Source: Torpedo marmorata
Taxonomy: Eukaryota
Reading direction: 5' to 3'
Assembly (NCBI GenBank): GCA_977017645.1
Contig: OZ360222.1
Span: forward strand, 205,530,001-205,594,000
Length of the DNA: 64,000 nucleotides
Shown: positions 63,470-64,000 of the stretch, one piece after another
How the letters are laid out: each line of letters opens with the position of its first letter
Position numbering within the stretch: the first letter of the stretch is position 1
The notes under the pieces: model-generated
Told to the model about the DNA's origin: nothing
Databases searched by the model: none
What the model saw: the letters and a program-made list of their open reading frames with translations, nothing else
Made by a program: the position numbers and the translations under genes

Positions 63470-63885
63470 AGTTAAATTGTCTGTGCCACCCATATCCTCA
63501 CTCGACCACCCTCGTGCTCACTGACCTCCTGGTTACGCAGTCACTCAATTTAACACTCCCCTCTTTGTTTTCAGAAGCCTTCCCTGACCATGGTTCTTTC
63601 AGTTTCTGTCGCCTCCTCCAGCCCCATGACTGTCCTGAGATTTCTGAGCTTCTCTAAGTCATCCTGATTTTACTTACTCCATCATTGGCATTCATGCCTT
63701 CAATCAAGGCCCTAATTTATTCCTCAAGCCTCTCTACTTCTCTCTCCTTAAAATGCTTCATAAAGCCTCCTTTTACTGAGCTTTTGGTCATCTGTCCAAA
63801 TAGTCCCTCATGGTGTCAGCCTTTGTTTAATTACATCTTGCGGTCATTTTACTTAAAAGTAGTACAAAAATGAAAGTTGTTATTA
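63470..63885 (+). mobile_element. Old L2-type LINE 3' end
   Basis: Decayed ccaccctcgtgctcactgacctcctggtt (HITPVL..LHWLP-like) and tail gagcttttggtcatc...aaatgaaagttgttatt. Confidence 0.55.
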
Positions 63886-64000
63886 AAGGCAGAGTTCATT
63901 TATTGAGCTTCAAAGGTTGACAGTGTCAAGGTGTAGGAATTCTTGGGTGTAGTTGTGCTCGTGACTAAATTGACACAGTCTCAAGGTACAGAACACTGAT

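Overview
Vertebrate genomic DNA, most likely from a cartilaginous fish (inferred from the repeat set: CR1/HER1-type LINEs, V-domain tRNA SINEs, Rex1/Babar, L1, GIY-YIG Penelope). The window covers the 5' part of one spliced protein-coding gene on the + strand, recognisable as KIAA1671-like (start MATWVE..., motifs RPLSMDLTARFE / RPLSSDITKLFE / LDLDALMAEY). Four phase-compatible exons can be read: 13724-15673, 22293-22446, 25346-28132 and 33896-34060, with a weaker candidate near 41803. Nearly everything else is transposon-dense intron: a full-length L1 split by a solo LTR, 5'-truncated L1s with 14-17 bp TSDs, Rex1/Babar LINEs, CR1s, an L2 tail, a Tc1 fragment, hAT MITEs, tRNA- and 5S-derived SINEs, and Penelope-like elements carrying minimal hammerhead ribozyme motifs. 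Most short ORFs in the track are TE fragments or their antisense shadows. The most interesting signals are (i) a 70 bp to 4.6 kb series of fold-back Penelope insertions with uniform 14-15 bp TSDs and structurally covarying hammerheads, and (ii) several non-autonomous retroelements with different heads (5S rRNA; GC-rich Pol II-like) that share a Rex1-type 3' end. No database searches could be run, so family names come from motif recognition, novelty is unverified, and TE boundaries without a quoted TSD are approximate.
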